Positions 27,274 through 39,354 of a stretch of DNA of 64,000 nucleotides are shown here, in pieces. A program made the position numbers and the translations under genes. The stretch's first letter is position 1, and each line of letters begins with the position of its first letter. The stretch lies in contig CAWDXG010000004.1 of the NCBI GenBank assembly GCA_963806225.1, positions 1,888,001 through 1,952,000 of the forward strand, given 5' to 3'. This DNA comes from an uncultured delta proteobacterium. Its GTDB lineage: Bacteria; Myxococcota_A; Polyangia; Polyangiales; Polyangiaceae. The notes beneath the pieces were generated by a model that saw nothing but the letters and a program-made list of their open reading frames with translations, was not told the origin of the DNA and did no database searches.

Positions 27274-30012
27274 ATGCGCCTGCCTGTCTCGACCTATCGC
27301 ATCCAGCTCGGCGCTGGCTTGTCGCTGGACCGTGCGCGCTCGTTGGTCGACTACCTGGCCGCGTTGGGCGTGGATTTCCTGTATCTCTCGCCGGTGCTGG
27401 CCGCGCGCAGCGGCAGCACGCACGGCTACGACGTCGTCGATCCCCGGCGCATCGACCCGGAGCTCGGCTCGCGGCATGACCTCGAGGAGCTGGCGCGTAC
27501 GCTCGAAAGCCATGGCATGGGTCTGTTGCTGGACATCGTGCCGAACCACATGGCAGCCGACACGGAAAACCCCTGGTGGTTCGACGTGCTGTCCAGGGGC
27601 CGCGATTCGGCTTACGCCGATTTCTTCGACATCGACTGGTCAGCGGGGGGACCCGGTCTCGAAGGGCGCGTGCTCTTGCCGATCCTGGGCGAAAGTCCGG
27701 CCGCGGTCGCTGCACGCGGCGATCTCCGCGCGGTGCGGGAGGGCGGCGCGCTGCTCCTCGCGTACTTCGATCGGCGCCTGCCGCTGTGCGCACGCAGCTG
27801 GCCGCTCGTGCTCGAGCCTGCACTGGCACGGGTCGACGCTGACGAGCTCGGCGCGATCGTCGAACGCGCGAGAGCGCTGCCCGGTCTCGACGCCGCAGAG
27901 CGCCGCCGCCAGAGCGAAGCGCTGCACGCGAGGCTCGAGAGCCTGCTTCGAGCGGAAGCTGACGTGCGTGACGCCGTGGATGCCGAGCTCGCTGCGGTCG
28001 CCAGGGAACCGGGGCGCGGGCGATTGCTTTCGCTTCTGGAAGAGCAGCACTACCGCCTCAGGCTCTGGAACGGTCCACTGCCGCTCAACTACCGGCGGTT
28101 CTTCGACGTGAGCGGGCTGGTCGGCCTCAGGGTGGAGGCTCCGCTCGTATTCAAGGAGTCGCATGCGCTGCTGCTCGACCTGGTGTCCCGCGGGCTCGTC
28201 CACGGTCTGCGCATCGATCATCCCGACGGCCTCCTCGATCCGGAAGGCTATCTGGAGCGGCTGGCCCGCTCGGTCCCGGGCCACCGACCCTACGTGGTGG
28301 TCGAGAAGATCCTCGCCGGAGACGAGCGCCTGCGCGAGAGCTGGCCGGTCGCGGGAACGACGGGCTACGAGCAGCTCGACCTGCTCGGCAGCGTGCTGAT
28401 CGACCCGGGTGGCCGGGACGCGCTGCTCGACACGTACGCCCGCTTCACGCAGCAGAGCGTCGATTTTGCGGACGTGGCGTTCGGCAGCAAGCGCCATGTG
28501 CTGGAGCGCCTGCTGGCCCCCGAGCTTGCGGCGCTGGTGCGCTCGCTCTCGGCCCTGCTCGACCCCACTGCGCCGCCCGACAGCGAGCTCGAAGACGCGC
28601 TGACCGCGGTCATCGCCTGCTTCAGCGTCTATCGCAGCTACGTGCGCCCGGGCGCGGTGCGCGTGGAAGGCGAGGACCGGCGGCGCATCGAAAGAGCCGT
28701 CGACGCCGCAGGGCAGCGGGGAGCGCGGTCCACCGCGCTCGAGGCGATCCGGAGCGCCCTCCTGCTCGAGCCGCCCGTGGCGCACGACGACGAGAGCCGT
28801 GCTGCATGCCTCGAGCTGCTCCTGCGTTTCCAGCAGCTCACCGGCCCCGCGGCTGCGAAGGGCGTGGAGGACACAGCCTGCTATCGCTACCTGCCGCTTG
28901 CCTGCCTATGCGAAGTCGGCGGAGAGCCCGGTCGGTTCGGCGTGCCGGTCGAACAGTTCCACGCGCACAACAAGGAGCGTGCCGCACATGGGGCGGGCTC
29001 GCTGAGCGCGAGCTCGACGCACGACACCAAGCGCGGCGAAGACGTGCGCTGCCGCATCGGTGTGCTCTCCGAGATGCCGGAGCGCTGGGCGGAAGCGGCG
29101 CTCCGCTGGCACGCGCTCGCCGCCCCGCACCGCGCGTCGCTTCGAGGCGGGTCGGCTCCAGCTGCGGCCGACGAGTACCTGTTGTTCCAGACACTGGTCG
29201 GCGCGTGGCCGGACGGCGAGCTCGACGGCCCGGAGCTCGCCGCTTTCAGGGAGCGCATCGCGGCCTACATGCTGAAGGCGGCCCGCGAAGCGAAGCGCTT
29301 CACGAGCTGGGTAGACGGCGATGTCGAGTACGAGGCGGCGCTGGTGCGCTTCGTCGAGCGAGTTCTGGATCGCGCGCACAGTGCCGGGCTTGTCGCCGAC
29401 CTGCAGCGCTTCGTCGGGCCGGTGGCCCGGGCGGGCAGGCTCGCGTCGCTGTCGATGCTGCTGCTCAAGATCGCGGGCCCTGGTATTCCGGACTTCTACC
29501 AGGGCAGCGAGCTGTGGGACGGCAGCCTCGTCGACCCGGACAACCGGCGCCCGGTGGATTTCGAGCGACGCCGCATTCTGCTCGCAGAGCTGTCCGACGA
29601 GCAGGACATGGCGGCGCTGCTCGACCAGCTGGGCGACGGCCGCCTCAAACTGCTGCTCACTCTGCGGGGGCTCGGGCTGCGCAAGCGCCGTGCGGACCTG
29701 TTCGCGAGCGGCGACTACCTGCCCGTGATGGCTTCAGGGTTCGGAAGGGAGCAGATCGTCGCCTTCGCCAGGACCCGCGGCGACGACGCCGTGCTCGTTG
29801 CCGTAGGACGCTTCTTCAGTCGCTTTGCCGGGCGCCCGCCGGTCGGCGACGCGTGGAACGACACCGCACTCGAGCTGCCGCCGGAGTTTCCACATGGATG
29901 CTACCGCGATGCCCTGACCGGTCTGGAGCTGGAACTGGAATCCCGGACACAGATATCGACTTCCCGGCTTTTTGCACGGCTGCCATACATCATGATGGAA
30001 CGCATCCCATGA
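27274..30012 (+). CDS. treY: Malto-oligosyltrehalose synthase
   Basis: STYRIQL, GSTHGYDVVD, DIVPNHM, NYRRFFDV, GLRIDHPDGL, STHDTKRGED, SLVDPDNRRPVDF. Confidence 0.95.
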   Translation: MRLPVSTYRIQLGAGLSLDRARSLVDYLAALGVDFLYLSPVLAARSGSTHGYDVVDPRRIDPELGSRHDLEELARTLESHGMGLLLDIVPNHMAADTENPWWFDVLSRGRDSAYADFFDIDWSAGGPGLEGRVLLPILGESPAAVAARGDLRAVREGGALLLAYFDRRLPLCARSWPLVLEPALARVDADELGAIVERARALPGLDAAERRRQSEALHARLESLLRAEADVRDAVDAELAAVAREPGRGRLLSLLEEQHYRLRLWNGPLPLNYRRFFDVSGLVGLRVEAPLVFKESHALLLDLVSRGLVHGLRIDHPDGLLDPEGYLERLARSVPGHRPYVVVEKILAGDERLRESWPVAGTTGYEQLDLLGSVLIDPGGRDALLDTYARFTQQSVDFADVAFGSKRHVLERLLAPELAALVRSLSALLDPTAPPDSELEDALTAVIACFSVYRSYVRPGAVRVEGEDRRRIERAVDAAGQRGARSTALEAIRSALLLEPPVAHDDESRAACLELLLRFQQLTGPAAAKGVEDTACYRYLPLACLCEVGGEPGRFGVPVEQFHAHNKERAAHGAGSLSASSTHDTKRGEDVRCRIGVLSEMPERWAEAALRWHALAAPHRASLRGGSAPAAADEYLLFQTLVGAWPDGELDGPELAAFRERIAAYMLKAAREAKRFTSWVDGDVEYEAALVRFVERVLDRAHSAGLVADLQRFVGPVARAGRLASLSMLLLKIAGPGIPDFYQGSELWDGSLVDPDNRRPVDFERRRILLAELSDEQDMAALLDQLGDGRLKLLLTLRGLGLRKRRADLFASGDYLPVMASGFGREQIVAFARTRGDDAVLVAVGRFFSRFAGRPPVGDAWNDTALELPPEFPHGCYRDALTGLELELESRTQISTSRLFARLPYIMMERIP

Positions 30013-31573
30013 ATCCGTCGCCACTGTCAGAGCGCGCGAGCGGCGTGCTCCTGCATCCCACGAGCCTGCCCGGCCCCCACGGCCACGGCGATCTCGGCCC
30101 GGCGGCTCATCGCTTCGCCGGATTCCTGGCGAGCGCGGGGCAGAGCTGGTGGCAGATGCTGCCGCTGGGTCCGCCGGGCGCGGGGAATTCGCCCTACGAT
30201 AGCCCTTCAACCTTCGCCGGAAGCCCGGGGCTGGTCAGCCTGGAACAGCTCGCCGCCGACGGGCTGCTCGAGCCCGACGAGATCGCGCCGACGCGCGGGC
30301 TCCAGGGCAAGCGGGCGCGCTACGGAGCAGCGACCCGCTACCGCCTGCCGCGGCTGGAGCAGGCGCACGAGCGGTTCAGGGGCTCGGCGATCCAAGCGGG
30401 ACACCAGAGCTTTCGAGGCGTTCTGCGAAGAGCAGCGGAGCTGGCTCGACGACTACAGCGCTGTACGAGGCATTGAAGTCCGCCGAGGGCGGCGCTCCCT
30501 GGCCCGCGTGGGAGCCCGACCTGGTCGCGCGCAAGCCCGCCGCCCTGCGTCGCGCGCGACGGCGGCTCGCCGACGGGATCGCTTTCCACGAGTTCGTGCA
30601 GTACCAGTTCGACCGACAGTGGCGAGCTCTGCAGCGCCGCTGCCGCGAGCTGGGAATCAGCCTGCTGGGCGACGTGCCCATCTACGTCGCTCACGACGGC
30701 GCCGATGTGTGGGCGCATCGGGAGCTCTTCCACGTGGACCGCGCGGGCAGACGCCGCGTGGTGGCCGGTGTGCCGCCAGATGCGTTCAGTTCGACGGGGC
30801 AGCTGTGGGGCAATCCGCTCTATCGCTGGTCGGCGCTGGACCGGAGCGACTACGCATGGTGGATCGCGCGCCTCGCGCTCACGCTGTCGCGGTTCGACGC
30901 GGTACGGCTCGATCACTTCATCGGCTTCCGCCGCTACTGGGAGGTCAAGGCCGGCGCCCGCACAGCAGAGCGCGGCCGGTTCGTGCAGGTGCCCGGGGAG
31001 CGCTTCCTCAGCACCGTCCAGAGCGCTCTCGGCGGGCTGCCGTTCGTCGCGGAGGATCTGGGGATCATGACCGACGAGGTCCGCGCGCTCCGCGACCGGT
31101 TCGGGCTTCCCGGCATGCGGGTGCTGCAGTTCGCGTTCGACGACGCGGGGCCGAGCGACTACCAGCCGCACCGCTATCCCCGGCACGCGGTTGCCTATAC
31201 GGGCACGCACGACAACGACACCGCGGTCGGCTGGTTCAAGGAACGCGCGCCGCGCGGCGATCGGAAGCGGTCGCGAGAGCTTTCGGAGAGAAGGCGGCGC
31301 GTCCTCGACTATCTCGACAGCGACGGCAGGGAAATCCACTGGGACATGATCCGCGCGGCCTTGATGTCCGTCGCGGACACCGCCGTGTTCCCGATGCAGG
31401 ATCTGCTCGGCCTCGGCTCTGCCGCGCGCATGAACACGCCCGGAACCTCGCATGGCAACTGGTCCTGGCGCGTCCAGGAGGCAGAGCTCGCACCCGCCAT
31501 CGCGGAACGCATGGCGGGCCTGTGCGCGATCTACGAGCGCGTTCCCGAGCGTGGCGGCAGGAGCGGGCGATGA
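30009..31573 (+). CDS. malQ: 4-alpha-glucanotransferase (amylomaltase); frameshifted near 30380-30470
   Basis: SGVLLHPTSLPG, WQMLPLGP, GDVPIYV, GQLWGNPLY, RLDHFIGF, AEDLG, YTGTHDNDT, RMNTPG; ATGA overlap with treY. Confidence 0.9.
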
Positions 31574-33448
31574 CCGGCGACCCTGCGGCTCTCACCCGGG
31601 ATTCGCGCTCGATATCGGCGCGAATCGGCAGCCCGACGGCGGCAGCCATTTCCGCGTCTGGGCGCCGCGCGTCGAGAAGCCTTGCCGTGCGCTCCGTGGC
31701 CGACGGCGGCACGCACGCGCTCACGCCGCGCGACTCCGGATTCTTCGAAGGGCGGGTCGCCGGCATGTCCCGCCGGCTCGGACTACCTGTTCGTGCTCGA
31801 CGGCGACAGGGAACGACCGGATCCAGCATCGCGCTTCCAGCCCCACGGCGTGCACGGCCCGTCACGCATCGTGGATCCACACGCCTACAAGTGGAACGAC
31901 CGCGACTGGCGCGGGGTGCCGCAACGCGATCTGGTGATCTACGAGCTTCACGTGGGCACATTCACGCGCGAGGGAACGTTCGACGCCGTGATCGAACGAC
32001 TCGAAGACCTCGTGGACCTCGGCGTGAACGCGATCGAGCTGATGCCCGTGGCCGAGTTCCCGGGCACGCGAAACTGGGGATACGACGGCGTGCACCTGTT
32101 CGCGCCACAATCGAGCTACGGCGGCCCGGACGGCCTGAAACGCCTCGTCGACGCATGCCACGGAGCGGGGCTCGGCTGCGTGCTCGACGTGGTCTACAAC
32201 CATCTGGGTCCTGAGGGGAACTACCTCAGCGCGACTTCGGTCACTATTTCAGCGATCGCTACCGCACGCCCTGGGGAGACGCGCTCAACTTCGACGGGCC
32301 GCACAGCGATCCCGTGCGCGCGCATTTCATCTCCAACGCGCTGCACTGGCTGACCGAGTATCACATCGACGCGCTCAGGCTCGATGCCGTACATGCCATC
32401 TACGATTTTGGCGCAGATCACCTGCTGACCGCGCTGGGGCGTCGTTTCCACGCGGAGGCGGCGCGCCTCGGCCGCCATGCCTGCCTGATCGCCGAAAGCG
32501 ATCTCAACGATGTGCGCGTGATCCGCGCCGATTCGCAGCACGGCTGGGGCATGGACGCGCAGTGGAGCGACGACTTCCACCATTCGCTGCACACGCTGCT
32601 CACCGGGGCGATGCACGGCTACTTCGGCGACTTCGGCGAGGTCGACGACCTCGCGAAGGCCGTGACCGACGGCTTCGTCTACGACGGGCGGTATTCCGGC
32701 TACCGCAGGCGGCGTCACGGCAACTCGAGTCGGGGATATCCCGGCGAGAAGCTCGTCGTGTACACGCAGAACCACGACCAGATCGCCAACGCATCCCACG
32801 GTCGACGCCACAGCAGCCTGCTGGGTCCGACCCGACAAAAACTCGCCGCAACGCTTCTTCTGTCAGCTCCGAACCTGCCCATGCTGTTCCAGGGACAGGA
32901 GTACGGCGAGCCCGCACCCTTCCACTACTTCACGAGCCATGGCGACGCGGAGCTCGCCGAGGCTGTCCGCAACGGACGGCGCGGGGAGTTCGTCGAGTTC
33001 GGGCAGCCGCACCGCTTCGCCGATCCACAATCGCTCGCGACGTTCGAGCAGTGCGTGCTCGACTGGTCGCTCCGGACAAGAGCCGGCCCATGCGGCAATC
33101 CTGGCGCTATACCGTGACTTGCTGTCCCTCCGTCGGCGCCTGCCCGCACTCGGCAACTGCCGTCCGGACCTGGCCCGCGTCCACGACTCGCCAGGCGCTC
33201 GGTGGCTCGCCGTCGAACGCGGCGACGCTTCCGGCGAGGCCGTGCTGATCGTTGCCAATCCGAGTCAGATTGCGCAGAATGTGCGCATTACCGACTTGAC
33301 GGGACACTGGGAGCTTTCGCTCTGGACGCTGGACCCGCGATACCTTGCGGACGCCGAGTCGCCTTCCAGGCCGATTGCGCCCTTGATCAGCGATAGCGCG
33401 CTCGAGCTTCTGCCGTGGGAGGCCGCAATCTACCGTCGCACGAACTGA
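31570..33448 (+). CDS. treZ: Malto-oligosyltrehalose trehalohydrolase; several frameshifts
   Basis: [61 protein letters not shown] spread over frames. Confidence 0.9.
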
Positions 33449-33780
33449 CTTATGACCACTCGCAAGCACTGTGCAGGGTTGTGCTTGACAATCGCTGTCG
33501 CCGCCGAGCATGTGATAGGAATCCTAGTTCCTTGACCGGCATATGCGAGCGACTGTGCGCGGGATCTGCACGTCCGCCGGGAATAGCCGGTCCAGCGCGA
33601 ACGTAACCGGACAGCAGGATTCCCGACGATTTTGCACGGGCACGAACTGCGAGCCATTTGCCGCGACTCGTTGGCTCTGCTTCCCGAGCACTCGCTTGAA
33701 GTCGAGTCATCTCTGGATTGGATGCCTCCTTCGACCCGGGCTTGACACTCCAGGTTAGGTATGAAAAAGGAACGAAAATC

Positions 33781-34313
33781 ATGAATGACGTTGACCGCCA
33801 GATTCGAGATCGCGTTGAATCCTTCGTTGCCGAACTGACCGACTTGGTCCGGCAGGCTGCCCTGGAATCCGTATCGGAGGTACTCGGCGGACAGGCAGTG
33901 CCCGGCGCGTTGCGCCGGCGCGGTGGCCGTCCCCCGCGCCCGCGCATACGCCGCCGCGGCGGCAAGCGCTCGCCCGAGGAAATCGAGCCGACCACGCAGC
34001 GCGTCCTCGACGTACGTGCGGGACAATCCCGGACACGGCGTCGAGCAGATGGCGATCGACCTGGCGACGAACACCAAGGATCTGACGCTTCCGATCAAGA
34101 AGCTCCTCTCGAACGGCGATCTGCTCACCGAAGGGCAGAAGCGTGCGACGAAGTACTTCGCGACTTCGGGCGGCGGCTCGGCGTCGGCCGAGGGCTCCAG
34201 CGCGGGCACGCCGCGCCGGCGCCGCGCAGCCAAGGGCACGTCCGCGCGGCAAGGCCAAGGCCAAGGCCGCGCCGAAGAAGCGCGGGCGCAAGCGTCGCAG
34301 CAAGCGCGGCTGA
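33781..34313 (+). CDS. Small basic DNA-binding protein (myxobacterial wHTH-like with Lys/Arg tails); frameshifted
   Basis: MNDVDRQIRDRVESFVAEL helix; KRSPEEI...NPG...LPIKKLL...GQKRATKYF; tail PKKRGRKRRSKRG* in a third frame; SD AAAGGA. Confidence 0.65.
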
Positions 34314-34336
34314 GCCGCGGGGTCGGCCCGCACCTG

Positions 34337-35353
34337 TCAGAGCGACCCGGCCTGATCATCGTCGGGCGGGGGGGAATGCTCGACTCGGACACAAGCTGCA
34401 GACGCGCACGCTGGGAGGACTTCGTCTCGTCCTCCGACAAGCTGGTACGCGACACGAGCGGCAACGGTGGGGCGCTGTCGTGGTCTACGTGTGGAACCGG
34501 CTGGTGGAGCGCGTGGGCGAACGGCGCCAGAACGCGCTCCATCTCCCGAGCGCTTCCCGGTCGCTTGGCTGGGTCCTTCGCGAGTGAACGCCGGACCAGG
34601 AGCTCCAGCTCGGGCGGCACGTCCCTGACCAGGCTCTTGAGCGGCTTCGGGGGACGACGACGGACCTGCTCGAGAACCTCCTCGGCCGACTCGCCACCGA
34701 AAGGAGCCCGACCGCTGAGCAGCTCGTAGAGGATCGCGCCCACCGCGTACAGGTCCGCACGGTGATCGATCGGCCCACCGACTGCCTGTTCGGGCGCCAT
34801 GTACGCCGGCGTTCCGAACACACGGCCACGATCGCCCGGCGAGAGACCCTGGGTGTGGACGCTGACCGCAATCCCGAAGTCGAGCACCTTGACGACGGGC
34901 TGATCAGGGCGCGGATGCACGACCATGATGTTGGCCGGCTTGAGATCGCGATGCACGATGCCTAGAGCATGCGCGGCCTGGAGCGCCTTGGTGACCTGGC
35001 TGACGAGCTCGGCCGCATAGGCGGCGCCCACCGCGCCGCGTTCTTCGGTAATGGTGCTCAGCATCTCCCCGTCGCACAGCTCCATCACCATGAACGGCGT
35101 CCCGTCCTCGTCGCCCAGGTCGAAGACCCCGGCAACGTTCGGGATGCATGATCCGCCCTGCGGCGCGTGCCTCGGCCATGAACCGTGCGCGGATATCCGG
35201 ATGCAGCGCCAGCTCCCGGTGCAGGATCTTCACGGCCACCCGACGGCCGACCAGGGTATTCTCGGCCTCCCACACCTCCCCGGCGCTGCCGTCGCCGAGC
35301 AGGCGATGCAGGCGATACTTCTGGGCCAGCATCCGGCGTGGTGAACCGCTCAT
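34337..35353 (-). CDS. Ser/Thr protein kinase (cytoplasmic); frameshifted, end approximate
   Basis: LGDGSAGEVW, VAVK, HRDLKPAN, DFG, GTPAYMAPEQ, DLYAVG. Confidence 0.85.
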
Positions 35354-35396
35354 GGTAGGGGAATGTAGCGCATCGGCGTGACGCACGGGGCTCCGT

Positions 35397-36188
35397 TCAC
35401 TCGCCGTCCGGCTTCCGGGCCACAACAGTCGCGGACGCCTGCGCGGTCGCCATCAAGAGCAGGTTGTGGACGGACACGTGGGCCGGGCGGGTGACGGCGA
35501 AGGCGATGCAATCTGCCACATCCTCAGCGGTCAGCGGGTCGACACCCTGGTAGACGGCATCGGCGCGCTTCTGATCGCCATGGAAGCGGACGGCGCTGAA
35601 CTCCGTCTCGACCAGTCCCGGCTCGATCACCAGCTGCCGGATCCCGGTGCCGAGAAGCTCGAACCTGAGCGCACCGACGAAAGCCTCGACGGCAGCCTTG
35701 CTCGCACAGTATGCAGCGCCGCGCGCGTACGGCTGGAGGCCGGCTACCGAACCGACGTGCACGATGTCTCCCCGCCCGCGCTCGATCAGGCTCGGGCAGA
35801 TATGCGCGCGTCATGCGCATCAGACCCATTACATTGGCTTCCATCATCTCGCGCCAGTCCTGCTCCGACGACTCGACGACGGGCTCGAAGCCCCGCGCGA
35901 GCCCGGCGTTGTTGACGAGGATGTCGATGCCCAGCCGATAGCTCGAGAGCTTCGCGCGACGAAAGCCTCCGAGCTCCGGCTGGGTAGCTCACGTCGAGCG
36001 GCACCGCGTCCGCCTTGCCGCCGGTCTGGCGGATCTCGGCAGCACAACGCCTCCAGCCGGTCAAGCCGACGTGCGCCGACCACGACGGATGCGCCCAGCG
36101 CGGACAGCGCCCGCGCGGTGGCAGCACCAATGCCGCTGGAGGCTCCGGTGACGACGGCAACGCGCCCTTCGAGTGATGTCCTGTTCAT
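35397..36188 (-). CDS. SDR oxidoreductase (YdfG-like); frameshifted
   Basis: [42 protein letters not shown]. Confidence 0.85.
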
Positions 36189-36307
36189 GCGGCCGGGGAT
36201 GGTAGCCGCACGCGCCGCACGGGTCCGCCGCTTTCCGTCCTGGTCCGGCGGAATTCCGCGGCGTGGGCCTTGCGGCCGGAGCGCGGCGATGCGGAAGTAT
36301 CCGGGCG

Positions 36308-37096
36308 ATGCGATTCGACACCGCCTTCATTACCGGAGCTTCCAGCGGACTCGGACGCGCCGTCGCCAGGCGGCTGGCAGCGGGCGGGACCCGCGTCGTC
36401 CTCGCCGCGCGCCGTCGCGACGAGCTGGAAGAGCTTGGCGCGGCAATCACGGCGGACGGCGGGCGCGCCGAAGTGTGCGAGCTGGACGTTGCCGACACGG
36501 GCGCCGCGCGCGAGAGCGTCGCGCGCTGGGATCGCGATAGCGGCGGGCTCGATCTGGTGCTCGCCAACGCCGGCATCGGGAACCCGGAGCCCGTCGCGCA
36601 GACGGAATGGAGCGCGATCGAGCGCGTCGTTCAGGTGAACACGCTGGGGGCACTCGCGGTACTGCATGCGGCGCTCGGGCCGATGGCGGCGCGGGGGTCG
36701 GGAACCCTCTCTGCCGTATCGAGTCTGGCCGGTCGACGCGGTCTGCCGGCGAGCGCCGCGTATTCCGCAAGCAAGGCCGCGCTCAGCATCTTCCTCGAAG
36801 CTCTGCGCATCGAGCTGTCGGCGTCCAGCGTGCGCGTTGTCGACATCCGCCCCGGCTTCGTCGACACGCCGATGACCCGGAAGAACAATTTCAGGATGCC
36901 GTTCATGTTGGATGTCGAAGATGCGGCGGCGCGAGCGATTCGCGGCCTCGAACGCGGTGAGGCCGTCGTGAGCTTCCCGTGGCAGGCGTCTGCGGCGATG
37001 GGCTTCGCCGCGCACATGCCCGCTGCACTCTGGCGAGGCGTGGCGGCGCATCTGCCGGTGACCAGCGGCAGCGACAGCGGGAAACGCCCGCACTGA
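36308..37096 (+). CDS. SDR oxidoreductase
   Basis: [27 protein letters not shown]. Confidence 0.9.
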   Translation: MRFDTAFITGASSGLGRAVARRLAAGGTRVVLAARRRDELEELGAAITADGGRAEVCELDVADTGAARESVARWDRDSGGLDLVLANAGIGNPEPVAQTEWSAIERVVQVNTLGALAVLHAALGPMAARGSGTLSAVSSLAGRRGLPASAAYSASKAALSIFLEALRIELSASSVRVVDIRPGFVDTPMTRKNNFRMPFMLDVEDAAARAIRGLERGEAVVSFPWQASAAMGFAAHMPAALWRGVAAHLPVTSGSDSGKRPH

Positions 37097-37201
37097 GCGC
37101 GCTCGGGGGCGGTGCGCCCGGGGCCGCGTGTAGTCGGGCGCCGCTGGATGATCTAGACTGCGTATGCGGGCGGAGTCCTTGCCGTCCTTTCTGGAGGCAT
37201 C

Positions 37202-39164
37202 ATGCCCAGGGTCCGATCTTCCCTAATATGCCTGAGCGGGGCGACCGCTCTGGCGCTGGCCTTCAGCAGCGCTTGTAGCGGCGCCGATCCCGCACCCAAC
37301 GATACCTACCAGACTGGCGGGGCGGGGGGCGTCGGAGGCAACAGCGGCGGCAGCGGCGGCATCGGCATCGACGCCGGAGGAGGACCGGTCTGCGACGACC
37401 CGACCGACACCGACGGCGACGGCATCGCCGACCAGATCGAGGGCACCAAGGACACGGACGGCGACGGAACACCGGACTTCAAGGATCTACGACAGCGACG
37501 GCGACGGGATCCCGGACAAGGACGAGGCGGCCAATCCGTCCCTGCCCGCGGGAACGCCCGGCCGCATCCGCAAGGGTCCCTGCGACGCGGTCGCGGATAC
37601 CGACAAGGATGGTACGCCGGACTTCCAGGATCTCGACTCGGACGGCGACGGGCTTCCGGACGCGCAGGAGCCCACCTGCAAGGGTGTCGACTGCCGCGTC
37701 CAGTATAACTGCGACAACGATCCGAGCGGTCTACCGGACGTGATCGAGACCGCCGCCAAGAGCGACCCTTGCGACGGCAAGGCCCCACCGAACGGCGAGC
37801 TGTATTTCGTGGTTCCCTACGGCGCGCCGGAGCAGTCGAAGACGTTCGACTTTTCCGCTGGCGTCAAGGACGCCGACATCTACTTCCTCATCGACACCAC
37901 CGAGTCGATGCAGAAGGCGATCGACAACGTCAAGAGCTCGCTGGATAGCAGCATCATCCCGGCGATCCTCAACGGCGACCCGACAGCGAACCCGCCGATC
38001 CCCGCCATCCCGGGCGCGTGGATCGGGATCGGGACGTTCAGGGATGTGCCCTGGGCGCCATGGGGCGTGCCGGGCGACAACGTCTACAGCTACTTCTTCA
38101 ATATCTCGGGCAAGCGGGTCTACGGCAACATGACCGCGCCGCAGAGCTCCGGCGGAAAGTTCCTTGCGCCGGACAACGTCCAGCAGATCCTGGGCATTCT
38201 GTCCGCTTCGGGTGGCGGCGATGCGCCGGAGGGGACAACCCAGGCGCTGTGGATGGCAGCGGTCAACAAGGCGTATTGCGCCTACGCGGGCGGCGGACCC
38301 TGGCCGAAGGATTCGACCGGAAGCTGTGACGCCAACTGGCTCGCGAAGTGCGCCGACCCGAAGGACGTGGGGCGAGCGTGTTTCCGTCCCGGAAAGCTGC
38401 CGGTGTTCGTCATGATCACCGACGCCGCGTTCCACAACGGCCCCGTCGCCTCCTACAACTACGTCGAGCCTCCGTCCTTCCCGCCGACGGGCACACCCGT
38501 GAAGGGCGACATGTACTACAAGGACGTGGTCGCGGCGCTGAACTCGATCAACGCCAAGGTCGTCGGCGTCTCGGTCAACACGGGCGCGCCGGGCGTGGCA
38601 CGGCACGACCTCACGGATCTTGCGACACAGACTGGCAGTTTCTATGCCGAGGAGCAGTTCGGCCAGGTGACGAAGAAGCCGTTGGTCACGGACAAGGACA
38701 CCGCCGATGGCAACGTCTCCAGCGAGGTCGTACGGCTGATCGGTCTGCTCGCGGGCCAGGGACTGAAAGACGTGACCACGGTCCACGAGAACTACAGCTG
38801 TGGTGGCGGCGTCGACTGCAACGGGGACGGCGTTACCGATCCGAAATACGAGAACTTCACCGACCAGAGCACCGGCAAGCCGTTCGATGCCACACAGATG
38901 ATCAAGGCGATCAAACCCGTGGCCGTCAGCCCAAACCCACCCTATTCGAGCATCGACGCGACCACCTTCTACGGCGTGCGCGGAGATGCGACGATACAGT
39001 TCGAGGTTTTCGCCCAGAACACCGTGTTGAAGACCGACCAGACGACCGTCGTCGAGGTCCTCCTGCACGTCCAGACGCCGGGCGGCCAGGCCCTGGGGGG
39101 CAAGGACGGCGTCAAGACCATCTATCTGGTCATTCCGCCCTTCATCCCGACGGCTCCGGCCTAG
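37202..39164 (+). CDS. Lipoprotein with Ca-binding DxDxDG (thrombospondin type 3-like) repeats and vWA domain; frameshift near 37488
   Basis: Lipobox SSAC; DTDGDG, DSDGDG repeats; vWA YFLIDTTESM, GGGDAPE, ITDAAFH. Confidence 0.75.
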
Positions 39165-39354
39165 GCCCCGTGGGATGCCGGGTATCGCGCGGCATCAGCA
39201 GGCAGGCTCCCCCGAGCGCCAGTGTGTTAGCCTGGCGCACCAGATACGGACGGTGTGGCCGGCAACCGATAGTTTGCGGTCCGGCGCTGGGTGAACGGTG
39301 GATCACGAGAGGCGCGAGTTGAATCGGGTTCGCCGCCAGACCGTCGGACACACG

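Noticed and set aside
30009..36188. Programmed frameshifting or phase variation explaining split genes
   Set aside because: Multiple shifts per gene at non-slippery sites in unrelated housekeeping-type genes; sequencing error is more parsimonious
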